A stretch of DNA of 64,000 nucleotides from a virus (Duplodnaviria > Heunggongvirae > Uroviricota > Caudoviricetes). The number at the start of each line of letters is the position of its first letter. Positions within the stretch are counted from its first letter, which is position 1. Location of the stretch: IMG/VR virus record IMGVR_UViG_3300046820_000635. One strand, written 5' to 3'. The position numbers and the translations under genes were made by a program. Shown one piece after another: positions 26,655 to 36,020 of the stretch. The notes under the pieces were generated by a model. The model was not told the origin of the DNA. It saw only the letters and a program-made list of their open reading frames with translations, and searched no databases.

Positions 26655-26838
26655 TTACTGTGTATCCTCTTACGAATGCTTCTAACGGATCCACTTTAAC
26701 TAACATTTGGCGCCCATTCACATTGGTAAATCTAAATAGATCACCGTGTTTGTATCCTAGCTTATCTGTGTTAAGTTCTTCATCTAAAAGAATTCTATTA
26801 GGATTTAGATCCCAGGAGTAATCGAAATGTAGCATCAA
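26626..26838 (-). CDS. hypothetical protein
   Basis: 70 aa ORF between the two paralogs on the minus strand. Confidence 0.35.
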   Translation of the reverse strand: MMLHFDYSWDLNPNRILLDEELNTDKLGYKHGDLFRFTNVNGRQMLVKVDPLEAFVRGYTVNVGDENGCS

Positions 26839-27116
26839 TCTCTCCTAGCATCATTCTTACCGTCTGCTCGAGCAATACGGTCAACGTCCGGACGGAGTCC
26901 TAATGCATTGGATACAATAGTGTCGATGCGGACAACATCGTGATTCATGGTCTTTACACGATTGTCCAAGGCTGTAATAATACCAGCCATACCTTTAATA
27001 CTGCCCAAAACTCCCTGTAACAACAGTTTGATCGTGAGATACACAAAGTATCCGCCGGCTAAGGCTGCTGCTACTGGCATACCTAAATCGCCAATAATCT
27101 TGAAAATATCGCCCAT
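26835..27116 (-). CDS. Small membrane protein, paralog B
   Basis: Two TM segments then ALDNRVKTMNHDVVRIDTIVSNALGLRP. Confidence 0.5.
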   Translation of the reverse strand: MGDIFKIIGDLGMPVAAALAGGYFVYLTIKLLLQGVLGSIKGMAGIITALDNRVKTMNHDVVRIDTIVSNALGLRPDVDRIARADGKNDARRD

Positions 27117-27153
27117 CGTTTCGCTCCCGGGTTATGTACTACTATTTAACCAT

Positions 27154-27182
27154 TTGACAAACTTTTAAACTGGTGCTATAAT
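27154..27182 (+). promoter_or_regulatory. Consensus extended -10 promoter TTGACA-N17-TGcTATAAT
   Basis: The 19-mer GGTGCTATAATATACACAT is repeated verbatim at 40738-40756. Confidence 0.65.
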
Positions 27183-27209
27183 ATACACATATATTATCTA
27201 GAGGCCTTT

Positions 27210-28025
27210 ATGAAGATTAAGTTAGTATCAGATCTACACTTAGAGTTCAGCGATTACAACGTTAAAAACGATGACGGGTGTGATGTGTTAATTCTCAGTG
27301 GCGATATCATGGTTGCTGAAAAGGTTCTAAAACCCGAAAGTGAGTATGGTATTAGATTCCGAGACTTTTTAAAACGTGTAAGTTTCCAGTTTCCTCATGT
27401 TATCTATGTGGCAGGTAATCATGAGTTTTACGGAGGATATTGGGTCAAAAGTCTTAACGAGCTGCGTATGGCCTGTGGTGTGCATGACAATGTCTACTTC
27501 CTAGAACGTGAAATCAAGAAGATCGACGATGTGACTTTTATCGGGGGTACACTATGGACCGACATGAACAAGTTCGATCCTATTACACTACATGCCGTTC
27601 GTGATATGATGAACGATTACCGAAGTATCCGTAACGATCAGGCAGGCTATACAAACTTAAAACCTGCAGATACGTGCCAACGACACAAACTAACGCTTGA
27701 CTATATTAAGAGTGTGGTAGCAGAACGCCCAGACGAAAAGTTTGTTGTTGTTGGACATCATAGCCCTAGCTTCCAAAGTGTACACGAACAGTATAAAGGC
27801 GAGTTCTTAATGAACGGTGCTTATCACAGCAGCCTTGAAGAGTTTATTATAGATCGTCCACAGATTAAACTTTGGACACACGGTCACACTCATCACCCAT
27901 TTGATTATCAAATTGGGGAAACTCGTATAGTATGCAATCCCCGTGGCTACGAGTCGATTAGGGGTAACGGATCTTTCTGGGGTGAAGATACTGGTTGGAA
28001 TCCTAACATAGTATTAGAAGTATGA
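27210..28025 (+). CDS. Calcineurin-like metallophosphoesterase
   Basis: VSDLHLE, GDIM, GNHEF, GHHS motifs. Confidence 0.7.
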   Translation: MKIKLVSDLHLEFSDYNVKNDDGCDVLILSGDIMVAEKVLKPESEYGIRFRDFLKRVSFQFPHVIYVAGNHEFYGGYWVKSLNELRMACGVHDNVYFLEREIKKIDDVTFIGGTLWTDMNKFDPITLHAVRDMMNDYRSIRNDQAGYTNLKPADTCQRHKLTLDYIKSVVAERPDEKFVVVGHHSPSFQSVHEQYKGEFLMNGAYHSSLEEFIIDRPQIKLWTHGHTHHPFDYQIGETRIVCNPRGYESIRGNGSFWGEDTGWNPNIVLEV

Positions 28026-28504
28026 AAAAAATCTTTTATGAAAAAGTCGGTCGTAGGTATACTCCAGTCAGCGAGTACGACAGTGATTTTCTAGATAGTT
28101 TTCGCAAGGGTACCCATCTTATAATGTGTTACCCGGGCGGAAGCAGTCGCCGTTTTGACATTGATCCCAACTATGCGGCTATGATTGCCGCTGGTCGAGT
28201 TGCAGAAGATGCTATCTCTAAGAAGATCATGGATGTTACAGAGATTCGTAGACAACAAAAGAATCGTAATACTCCTCTGACTCCTAGTCAGAAGGCTGCT
28301 TGGGAAAAACTTGTAGAAGAGTTTGGTCCTGATGCTAAACAATTAGAATGGCCAAGTGCTAGAGAAGCCGCAGAAGAGGCTGTTAAAGCTATGCAGGCAG
28401 AAGCAGATAAACTTATGCAACACGAAAGTGTACGTAAGGCCTATGATCATTTTCAACTAATGTGTAAACTGGTAAAACAAAATGAACTGGAACAATCCTT
28501 TTAA
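28022..28504 (+). CDS. hypothetical protein
   Basis: 160 aa, ATGA-coupled. Confidence 0.4.
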   Translation: MKKIFYEKVGRRYTPVSEYDSDFLDSFRKGTHLIMCYPGGSSRRFDIDPNYAAMIAAGRVAEDAISKKIMDVTEIRRQQKNRNTPLTPSQKAAWEKLVEEFGPDAKQLEWPSAREAAEEAVKAMQAEADKLMQHESVRKAYDHFQLMCKLVKQNELEQSF

Positions 28505-28721
28505 AACCGTTGCAATCAAAACTATCAAGCCCAGTGATAAGATGTTCAAGATCAACACTGGATTTATGACTGCTGATCGAGCCAGCATTGAGATTGATCG
28601 AGCCTGTCCTTCGAAGTACGCCGATATTATTGCACAGTGCTATAGTAATGGTTGGATCAAACCTGTAGCACACGTTACAGAAAAAGAATACATGCTAATG
28701 GGATTATCAAACAATGGGTAA
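28482..28721 (+). CDS. hypothetical protein
   Basis: 79 aa ORF. Confidence 0.3.
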   Translation: MNWNNPFKTVAIKTIKPSDKMFKINTGFMTADRASIEIDRACPSKYADIIAQCYSNGWIKPVAHVTEKEYMLMGLSNNG

Positions 28722-28953
28722 CCAAACAGACTACTTTAATCGCATTGGTTACAAGCCAAAGTATTTTATCGGTGATCGAATTATAGGCAAGTGGAATAAG
28801 ATTCCTTTTGTAGGCACTGTAGGCAATGATCGAAAAATTAACGACACCGACGGTCCGGAAATCACAGTTCATCTCGATTTGCCTATCAAGTTTCAGGGCA
28901 AAGTTTATAACTTCATCATTGTTAAGCACAAGGACGTATCGGCGTATAAATGA
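28714..28953 (+). CDS. hypothetical protein
   Basis: 79 aa ORF. Confidence 0.3.
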   Translation: MGNQTDYFNRIGYKPKYFIGDRIIGKWNKIPFVGTVGNDRKINDTDGPEITVHLDLPIKFQGKVYNFIIVKHKDVSAYK

Positions 28954-29213
28954 ACATCTATAATAAAAATACCACATGGGAAACAATCGTAAGAGATATC
29001 GAGGATTTCCAGAACCGTCGACCAAAAGTTAACATACCTGAAGAGACTAGTAATATTACCTGTGTTGCGGGAGATGTTGAAATGTTGAAAGTATCAAAAG
29101 ATGGATTTTATGTGCGTGGCGTAAAAGTTCCCGCAGATGATAAAGAAGCAGAGACTGTTTATAATGCCTTCAAGAGTTTTTTAATGTGGGCTGAACTTAA
29201 CAAGAGGCAATAA
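28950..29213 (+). CDS. hypothetical protein
   Basis: 87 aa ORF, ATGA-coupled. Confidence 0.35.
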   Translation: MNIYNKNTTWETIVRDIEDFQNRRPKVNIPEETSNITCVAGDVEMLKVSKDGFYVRGVKVPADDKEAETVYNAFKSFLMWAELNKRQ

Positions 29214-29881
29214 TGGGGTTATTAGATATTTTTACAGAAATAACTGAAGCTACAGGAAAATATGAGGAAGGTGGAAAGAAGTCTGTCCCATATACAATAT
29301 ATCGGACTGTAAACATTGTTGATAACGAACCTGTAGCTGTAATCGAGCCAGACTTTGATAGGGGGCCTTGGATAGCAGGAGGTGCTTGTCTTCGTTGGTA
29401 TCAAGGACAGCCAGTAGGCGATAGCGACATTGATGTATTCTGTGCCAACGCTAAACAGGCTGCTGATGTTATTGCTCGCATTAAAAGCTACGGACGTTAT
29501 ACAGTCAAGTTTGAAAGCGAAAATGCTGTAACATTGCAATACCGTAGCGAACACTACGGCAACTGCATAGGAGTAGATCACTGGATCATTCAAGTAATCA
29601 CCAAACGTTATTACACCAGTGTTCGAGAGATTGTTGATAACTTCGATGTGAGTGTATGTCAACTAGGTACAGCAGGATTTGATTGGGCTCTAGGTGAACA
29701 TACTGCTCGAGATATTCGCGAAAAAAATCTAAGAATGAATATTCCTTTACAACCAGATGCTGTTAAGCGTTTGTCAAAGTACTGGACTTACGGATACCGT
29801 CCGGTACCAAATCTGCTAGATGCCATTATCAATAATCCTACAGGTAAATGGGAGTTTGAATCATCGGAGGATTACTCATGA
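29213..29881 (+). CDS. Nucleotidyltransferase-fold protein (minimal pol-beta-type NTase)
   Basis: GGACLRWYQGQPVGDSDIDVF fits the hG[GS]x9-13DhD signature. Confidence 0.5.
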   Translation: MGLLDIFTEITEATGKYEEGGKKSVPYTIYRTVNIVDNEPVAVIEPDFDRGPWIAGGACLRWYQGQPVGDSDIDVFCANAKQAADVIARIKSYGRYTVKFESENAVTLQYRSEHYGNCIGVDHWIIQVITKRYYTSVREIVDNFDVSVCQLGTAGFDWALGEHTARDIREKNLRMNIPLQPDAVKRLSKYWTYGYRPVPNLLDAIINNPTGKWEFESSEDYS

Positions 29882-30249
29882 GAGATGAACGTACATGGAG
29901 TTTGCTAGATCCTAAACCAGTATTGCTTTATCTTAAAAAGCATGACGAGTACATTGTCTATTGGAACGGCATAGCCATGACTCACAGTCAGGCACTGAAT
30001 ATGACATTGGAGTACTGTGGCATTTATCCAACACCTGAAATGAAAGTTGCTATGCGATTGACTTTTAATAAGTTATACTATGCAGAAGCATTTAAAACTC
30101 GATCTTGGGATCATCAGGTAGACTGTGGTGACATTTACGGATCTCAGAAAAAATGGATGCGTGAGCATCTAACGGCACATGTTAAAGACAAAGATCCCAA
30201 AGAAGTTCTAAAGTGGTTTGATTATGCAAGAGCAAGAACAGAAGAATGA
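29878..30249 (+). CDS. hypothetical protein
   Basis: 123 aa. Confidence 0.4.
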   Translation: MRDERTWSLLDPKPVLLYLKKHDEYIVYWNGIAMTHSQALNMTLEYCGIYPTPEMKVAMRLTFNKLYYAEAFKTRSWDHQVDCGDIYGSQKKWMREHLTAHVKDKDPKEVLKWFDYARARTEE

Positions 30250-30481
30250 ACTGTGTTTCGAAGGTTGGTCTACAGAAAACGGTAACAGCAGTGGACGATG
30301 TTGCTGTAACTGTATGTACCAAAAGAAGATCACAGGGCATCCTTGGAATAAAAATGTAGCCTACAGAAGTAGGATTGTTGATGTTATAGGATATGCCTGC
30401 ACTGTGCCGGAACTTCCTCATATAACATTTTTTGAAAGTAAACATGGAATGTGCGAAATGCACGATTGGAGAAAGATATGA
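30218..30481 (+). CDS. hypothetical Cys-rich protein
   Basis: 87 aa, 9 Cys. Confidence 0.3.
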   Translation: MIMQEQEQKNELCFEGWSTENGNSSGRCCCNCMYQKKITGHPWNKNVAYRSRIVDVIGYACTVPELPHITFFESKHGMCEMHDWRKI

Positions 30482-30654
30482 TTAGACTTTGGTTAACATT
30501 TATTATTTTTGCAGGGCTGATTCACTTGAGCATCACATCTTGGCGTGCTCTAAGTGGAAAAGAAAAATGGGGCTTGACAAAGACTGCAATCTATAGTATA
30601 GTTATTGCAATGTTAGCAGCAGCTGGCATGATTTTATTGGTATTTCTTTTTTAA
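30451..30654 (+). CDS. small membrane protein
   Basis: 67 aa, two hydrophobic helices. Confidence 0.35.
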   Translation: MRNARLEKDMIRLWLTFIIFAGLIHLSITSWRALSGKEKWGLTKTAIYSIVIAMLAAAGMILLVFLF

Positions 30655-30666
30655 GGACACACAGAC

Positions 30667-31086
30667 ATGAAACGTATTTTGATTGCATCCTCAGTAGTAG
30701 CCGCAGCCTTGCTCACAGCATGTGGTCAGCCTGCACATGAAGTTTCTTTTGCTTCTCTAGAAGAAGCTAAAGGCACTGCCCGCGAGAACGCAATGTTCAA
30801 CGCACAAATGTATCGCCAAAGTAACATCTTGTTCAAAGGCTGGGACATTATTGGCCGCGGCGACTCAACACAGTCTAACTCTTGCCCACAAGGCGACGGT
30901 TGGGCTACAATGGAATTTGTGAACCCAGAAAAGACTCGATTGGTTAAAGCTAAGTGCTCTACAGTGTCAGGTAACACTGGTTGTTTGGACGATGCTGATT
31001 TTAAAACCAAACATTTTGCTGCTGAAGACGGTGTTTGCGCTCCGTTGAATCGTGTTCCATACCCACTGCCTAAAATTGCAAAATGA
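30667..31086 (+). CDS. Lipoprotein
   Basis: MKRILIASSVVAAALLTACGQ lipobox. Confidence 0.5.
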   Translation: MKRILIASSVVAAALLTACGQPAHEVSFASLEEAKGTARENAMFNAQMYRQSNILFKGWDIIGRGDSTQSNSCPQGDGWATMEFVNPEKTRLVKAKCSTVSGNTGCLDDADFKTKHFAAEDGVCAPLNRVPYPLPKIAK

Positions 31087-31258
31087 TTATCATTGAGGCA
31101 TTAATTATTATCGGCATTATCTGCGTAATCGGCCTGGCCTTTTACGCAGGTCGAAAATCAAAGGATACAGAATGATTAACGATGTTTGGCTCCGCCCCCT
31201 GTACTTTGTACTGGGATTCGTAGTGTGTTTCTTTCTTACGGTAAAAGGATTTATCTAA

Positions 31259-31600
31259 ATGAAACGTATTCTATTAGCCGCAACTATTGCTCTTCTTTCA
31301 GCACAGGTACAGGCCATGTGCTACAGTGAAGGTATCCGTACCGGCACTGTTCAGAAGTTCAGTAAGAAGGGAATGTTAATCAAGAGCTGGGAAGGCGAAC
31401 TTGTAATGGAAGGCAACAAGTTCAACATGCAATCGGGCGGAAATGTTTGGAAGTTCAGCGTAAAAGATCCTACTGTTGCTACAAACATTGAAACTGCAAC
31501 TATGAACGGTAAGCCAGTTAGTTTAAAGTATTGTCAAGTCTACATGACTTTCAATATGACCGACACTGACTATCAAATCACTGAATCTGTAACTCACTAA
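31259..31600 (+). CDS. Secreted protein
   Basis: Signal peptide MKRILLAATIALLSAQVQA. Confidence 0.45.
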   Translation: MKRILLAATIALLSAQVQAMCYSEGIRTGTVQKFSKKGMLIKSWEGELVMEGNKFNMQSGGNVWKFSVKDPTVATNIETATMNGKPVSLKYCQVYMTFNMTDTDYQITESVTH

Positions 31601-31609
31601 GGAAATCAA

Positions 31610-32404
31610 ATGAAACGTATTTTTATTCTCGGTACTATGCTGGCAGCAGTTTTGATGACTGGCTGCACTCGAATTGAAACTGGCGAGGTTGGCGTCCGCG
31701 TTGGCTTTGACAAACAGGTACAGCAAGGCGAACTATTGCCTGGTTCATTTAATCAGGTCTTAATCGGTGATGTACTTACATTTCCAATCAAAGATGTTAA
31801 CGTTAAGTTGGAAGACATGACTCCAGTTGCTAAAGACAACAGTACCATGAAAGATTTTGATGCTGTAGTTATCTATAACATCAATCAAGCACAGGTTGCT
31901 GAACTCTACAGTCAAAAGAGTCAGGCATTTCATGCCCGTCACAATGGTGACATCTATTTGATGTATAACTACATTGTCCAAACTACTCGTAATGCTATCT
32001 ATAAAGAAGCACGTAAGTACGAAGCGTTGGACATGGCAGACAATCGTCAGCTTATGGAACAGAGTATTAAAGAGCAAATCCAAAAGTCATTGGCCGAAGA
32101 AAAACTAGATGGTAGTTTGATTATCGGTCAGGTATTGATTCGTAATGTTGTGCCCGCAGATAGTGTTGTAGAATCCGCTAACGCTCTTGTACGTGCCAAG
32201 AACGAATACAAGCAGAAAGAAGTTGAAGTGCAGACTGCCAAAAAAGAAGCAGAGCGTATGGCAGCACTGGCTAATAACTCAGCAAGTTCTATTGCATTCA
32301 TGAATGCTCAGGCATCACTGAATATTTCCGAAGGTATTAAGAACGGTCGGGTCCAGACTATTGTTGTGCCAAGCAACATGACTGGTTTGATGATTAACAA
32401 GTAA
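31610..32404 (+). CDS. SPFH/band-7 (flotillin/YqiK-like) domain lipoprotein
   Basis: Lipobox LMTGCTR. ETGEVGVRVGFDKQV...VLTFPIKDVNVKLEDMTPVAKDNSTMKDFDAVVIYNI...IIGQVLIRNVVPADSVVESANALVRAKNE follows the SPFH-domain pattern. Confidence 0.55.
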   Translation: MKRIFILGTMLAAVLMTGCTRIETGEVGVRVGFDKQVQQGELLPGSFNQVLIGDVLTFPIKDVNVKLEDMTPVAKDNSTMKDFDAVVIYNINQAQVAELYSQKSQAFHARHNGDIYLMYNYIVQTTRNAIYKEARKYEALDMADNRQLMEQSIKEQIQKSLAEEKLDGSLIIGQVLIRNVVPADSVVESANALVRAKNEYKQKEVEVQTAKKEAERMAALANNSASSIAFMNAQASLNISEGIKNGRVQTIVVPSNMTGLMINK

Positions 32405-32741
32405 TCAAGGATAGGGCAGGCAACTGCCCTATTTTCAAAATGAATCTATTTAAGCGTGGTATCGATGCACTTCGCCAGCCAGATCGTAATCCACGATGCT
32501 ACGAAATGACTGAAGATGAACGACTAGAGAAAATCAAAGAGTGGAATAATCGTAACGTATGGAACGATCCTAAACTGTCCGATGACGACCAAATGAACTT
32601 TTATCACGGAGAATAATATGAACTGGATTATGGAAAATTTTGAAGTAGTAGCAGCCGCAATGGTTCCACTTACAGTGATTGCAGTGTTAGTTGGTATCTT
32701 GGTTAAGGCTCAAGTTACACAGGTTTTCGAATAAGTCATAT

Positions 32742-33236
32742 ATGAAGTTATTTGACCGTACTGGCGGATACTGGATATTTTATACCAGTGCCATTTACCT
32801 TATCGGTAGCATGTGGAGTTGGATTGTTGGAGTACCTGCAATATGGTTGGCACCTGCTTATGTGATATGTTTGGCGATGCCCTTTTGGTTTCCTCCATTA
32901 GGGCGTTCAATGAATTTACTTGTAGATTGGGATCTTAGAATGTTTAACTGGTTTAAAAACTACAGAAAATCAGAAGGCTCTGTTGCAGAAGATATGGACA
33001 AAGTTATGAATGATTTAAACAATGTTGTCAAGTTTCCAGAACTCAAGGCAGCACCTCCTCCCATGCCAGAAGTTGAACAGCCTGCTAAGATTTTTTATAG
33101 GCTGGGACTAACTGATAACAATCGTCTTGCATTCAGTATGGGTTATAGTGAAATCACTATGAACAAGCAGGGTGTTCAAAATATGATCGATCAACTTGCG
33201 TTCTTTCAAAGTCAACTAGTGGATGATGAAGAATGA
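32742..33236 (+). CDS. Membrane protein
   Basis: Three hydrophobic helices after MKLFDRTGGYWIF. Preceded by a 38-aa TM micro-ORF at 32618-32734 with a GGAG RBS. Confidence 0.4.
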   Translation: MKLFDRTGGYWIFYTSAIYLIGSMWSWIVGVPAIWLAPAYVICLAMPFWFPPLGRSMNLLVDWDLRMFNWFKNYRKSEGSVAEDMDKVMNDLNNVVKFPELKAAPPPMPEVEQPAKIFYRLGLTDNNRLAFSMGYSEITMNKQGVQNMIDQLAFFQSQLVDDEE

Positions 33237-33739
33237 CTAAGTTAACGATATATTTGGATATGGATGATGTAGTAGCAGACTGGCAGGGTCATGTTGAGCA
33301 AATGCTAGACTATAAGTTTGCCAAAGATGAACGCTTGCCAGATGGTAAGTGGCGTCGTCTCAAAGACAATCAACGATTGTATAGTGAACTGCCCTTACGA
33401 AAAGGTGCTTTGGAACTAGTGGAATGGGTTACTAACTATGCGGACAGTACAGGCGGACATGTTTTTTTTCTAAGTGCAATCCCTAAAGGTAATGATATGC
33501 CCTGGGCGCCTCAGGATAAAGTATTCTGGGCACAGCGTTACTTTCCACGTATCCCGGTATTTCTTGGACCCTATGCAACCCAAAAGTATATGCACTGTCG
33601 TAATCCCGGAGACATTCTAATCGATGATCGTGGCAGTAACTGCGAAGAATGGCGTGCTGCTGGTGGCCGTGCTCATCAATACAAAGAATGGCCCGAATGT
33701 AAACTTTGGCTAGAAGAAACTCTAGGAGAAAGAAAATGA
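33233..33739 (+). CDS. HAD-family 5'(3')-deoxyribonucleotidase
   Basis: IYLDMDDVVADW (DxDxV motif I), later D/K motifs. Typical of T4-like phages. Confidence 0.65.
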   Translation: MTKLTIYLDMDDVVADWQGHVEQMLDYKFAKDERLPDGKWRRLKDNQRLYSELPLRKGALELVEWVTNYADSTGGHVFFLSAIPKGNDMPWAPQDKVFWAQRYFPRIPVFLGPYATQKYMHCRNPGDILIDDRGSNCEEWRAAGGRAHQYKEWPECKLWLEETLGERK

Positions 33740-33930
33740 GTGGACGTGGCGTAATAATGCAAGAGCCCGAACAGTTCTGCGAAATGTGCGGCAAGCTAGA
33801 CGAATGCCGACCTTATGGTCCTAACAACGAGCAGATCTGTTTTGATTGTGCAATGAAGGATGACGAATCCAAAGCAATCGCAGAAAAGAAAATGGCAGCA
33901 TATATCTTCGGTGAAGAAAGCGGTAATTAA
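33736..33930 (+). CDS. Zinc-ribbon small protein
   Basis: CEMCG...CFDC, 64 aa, ATGA overlap. Confidence 0.4.
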   Translation: MSGRGVIMQEPEQFCEMCGKLDECRPYGPNNEQICFDCAMKDDESKAIAEKKMAAYIFGEESGN

Positions 33931-33933
33931 TCG

Positions 33934-33962
33934 TTGACAAACTAAAGGTATGGTTGTACAAT
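33934..33962 (+). promoter_or_regulatory. sigma70-type promoter TTGACA-N17-TACAAT driving the CUA-anticodon tRNA
   Basis: Consensus -35, 17-nt spacer, TACAAT ending 9 nt before the tRNA. Confidence 0.65.
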
Positions 33963-33971
33963 AAAAACATC

Positions 33972-34046
33972 GCGCTATTAGCTAAGTGGCATAGCAGGAG
34001 CCTCTAAAACTCCGTAGCGTGGGTTCGATTCCCACATAGCGCACCA
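33972..34046 (+). tRNA. tRNA with CUA anticodon (amber-reading suppressor-type tRNA), CCA encoded
   Basis: Perfect 7-bp acceptor GCGCTAT/ATAGCGC, D arm GCTA-AGTGGCA-TAGC, anticodon arm GGAGC-CTCTAAA-ACTCC (U33, A37), T arm GTGGG-TTCGATT-CCCAC, discriminator A, CCA. Confidence 0.65.
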
Positions 34047-34429
34047 GATCAATGTAGTAAAGGACAGCGCGGTAAGAGTGGCGCCCGTGGCAAAGGGTAA
34101 CTTGGATTCTCGTAGAGATGAGCGACATTAAATTGTGCCCAAGGTAGAGTATGCCTAAGTTACGATCACTCCTTCCGACAGTCGGGAAAAAGCGCAAACG
34201 CGAAAGCGGTCAGCAAAGGTTGGCAATGTATGATGTCTTGAAAAACACATACGAAACCGTTGTAAAGCTGGCAAGTGAGGAACCCTCGGGCCGCCCAAGA
34301 CTGTTACTACAAAGAGCAGCGAGACTACTACAACCTCAGCGGTGTGCTATCGCAGCGAGCAATAACGCAACCTTGTAGTTGGCTTCCAGGAACTAGACTG
34401 GACATAGATTAACACACAGAAAGCAGTAA

Positions 34430-34579
34430 ATGGACAAGTACAAACAAATCGGTAAGTTGGCAGAAGCAGCAGCATTGATCCAGGAAGTAATGAATGTCTG
34501 CGATCCAGAGTTTCATGACGCTCTTGAAGACATGCCGGATCGACTTGCAGATATCAGTGACGCAATCGAGGTGGCCTAA
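34430..34579 (+). CDS. hypothetical small acidic protein (49 aa)
   Basis: Unlisted ORF MDKYKQIGKLAEAAALIQEV.... TAATATG coupling to the next gene. Confidence 0.4.
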   Translation: MDKYKQIGKLAEAAALIQEVMNVCDPEFHDALEDMPDRLADISDAIEVA

Positions 34580-34580
34580 T

Positions 34581-35525
34581 ATGGGATGCTGGAATAAAAC
34601 CTGCGGATTGAGTAACCTGTTTATCAACAGCGGCACTCCTGTATATGTATTCGTACTTGAGCGTAATAAAAAAGTCGATAGTCTTTGCTACTCTACTCCT
34701 TTCTACAGCCCATTGCTATTGCCTTTCGAAAGCGAGTACAACGACTACGGTGGTGGTGAAAATAGCAGTGGCCCAGCAATGACATTGATCATGGAAGCTA
34801 TTAAAGAACAGCTGGTCGAAGTAGAAGTAGGTGATAATCAATATCACGACATTGCTGTTAAAAAGGCAGACTTCGACGAAGAATTATTCTTCGAAGCTAT
34901 TCACGAAGATCGTTTAAAAGTACAACAACACTCTATGGCCGAACCTACTGATGTTGGCTTTGTAATGTTCCGCAAGGACGTTGTTGACGATATCATTGCA
35001 AACTGGAAGCGTGAAGAATATGTAGGTGACGGTAAAGGTACTACTGGTTGGGATAACAACTATATTATCTATGGCTTCAAAGACATTGTTGCAGACTTAC
35101 CCGAATTTCTCGACAAGCTAGAAGAAAATCTAAGTGAAGATGAAGACGGTGGGTTGAACATGCGATTCTTTGGCGGCATCAAGGATCTCTTTAAGTATGG
35201 TGATCCTAACAAGGTTGGCAAATGGATGAGGGGTGATCATTATCGTTACTCAAAGATTCTAGACATTAGCGATGTTATTGTTAGTCTAATGCAAGAGGGT
35301 AAGCGTAAAGATGCACAGCTACTCTTGATTGAGCATTTGAAGGCCAAGTACATTGATGGATTTATGCACAGTACTCGTCGTGTTTGGATCCCAGGCGGTC
35401 ACGAAGGCAGTCAAGATCAAGAGCATCACGGTTATCGCATAATGAACGCTGCTATTGCTAAAGTACTTGATGCTAAGAAAGCAGAGTTTGAACTAGAGAA
35501 CGACGAAGAGTTTTCGGAGTTTTAA
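34581..35525 (+). CDS. hypothetical protein
   Basis: 314 aa. GAGGTGG RBS. Start at 34581 preferred over the track start at 34494. Confidence 0.5.
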   Translation: MGCWNKTCGLSNLFINSGTPVYVFVLERNKKVDSLCYSTPFYSPLLLPFESEYNDYGGGENSSGPAMTLIMEAIKEQLVEVEVGDNQYHDIAVKKADFDEELFFEAIHEDRLKVQQHSMAEPTDVGFVMFRKDVVDDIIANWKREEYVGDGKGTTGWDNNYIIYGFKDIVADLPEFLDKLEENLSEDEDGGLNMRFFGGIKDLFKYGDPNKVGKWMRGDHYRYSKILDISDVIVSLMQEGKRKDAQLLLIEHLKAKYIDGFMHSTRRVWIPGGHEGSQDQEHHGYRIMNAAIAKVLDAKKAEFELENDEEFSEF

Positions 35526-35526
35526 A

Positions 35527-35694
35527 ATGTCCAAAGAAAAAGAATTATTTAAACTTTGCAAAAAGTTCATCGAAGAGCAAAACATTCACTGTGCAGAAAC
35601 AGTTTATCAAAGTGATCGCGTTATTGAAAACGCATACGAGTTTATCGAAGACATCTGCAATATTGTAGGTTATAATGAGGAAGAGGAAGAATGA
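35527..35694 (+). CDS. hypothetical small protein (55 aa)
   Basis: Unlisted ORF MSKEKELFKLCKKFIEEQNIHCAETVY..., ATGA-coupled to the next gene. Confidence 0.35.
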   Translation: MSKEKELFKLCKKFIEEQNIHCAETVYQSDRVIENAYEFIEDICNIVGYNEEEEE

Positions 35695-36020
35695 GAGTTC
35701 ACTTGATTTTGCCTTTTATTGGTTTTCTTCTGAAGAAAGTATTTTCGGGAGTGTTCAGGATCCATAGGAGATATCGTGAAACTATGGAGGATAGCCCAGG
35801 GCTGGCTATGTTTGCCGGAACTATGTGCAGCGTAGGTTTTGTGATGGTTACAACATTTATCAGCATGATGGCTTTTCAAGAAATATCTCCTATCAAATAT
35901 ACTATTGTAACATCAGCAGTTGTTGCTTTTTCCTACGTCTGCTATATGTTTTTTAGTATGCAGTTCAAAAACTTCTTAGATGAAAGAAAAGAACTATTTG
36001 ATATTATCAAGGATCGATAA
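35691..36020 (+). CDS. membrane protein
   Basis: 109 aa, 3 hydrophobic helices. Confidence 0.4.
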   Translation: MRVHLILPFIGFLLKKVFSGVFRIHRRYRETMEDSPGLAMFAGTMCSVGFVMVTTFISMMAFQEISPIKYTIVTSAVVAFSYVCYMFFSMQFKNFLDERKELFDIIKDR

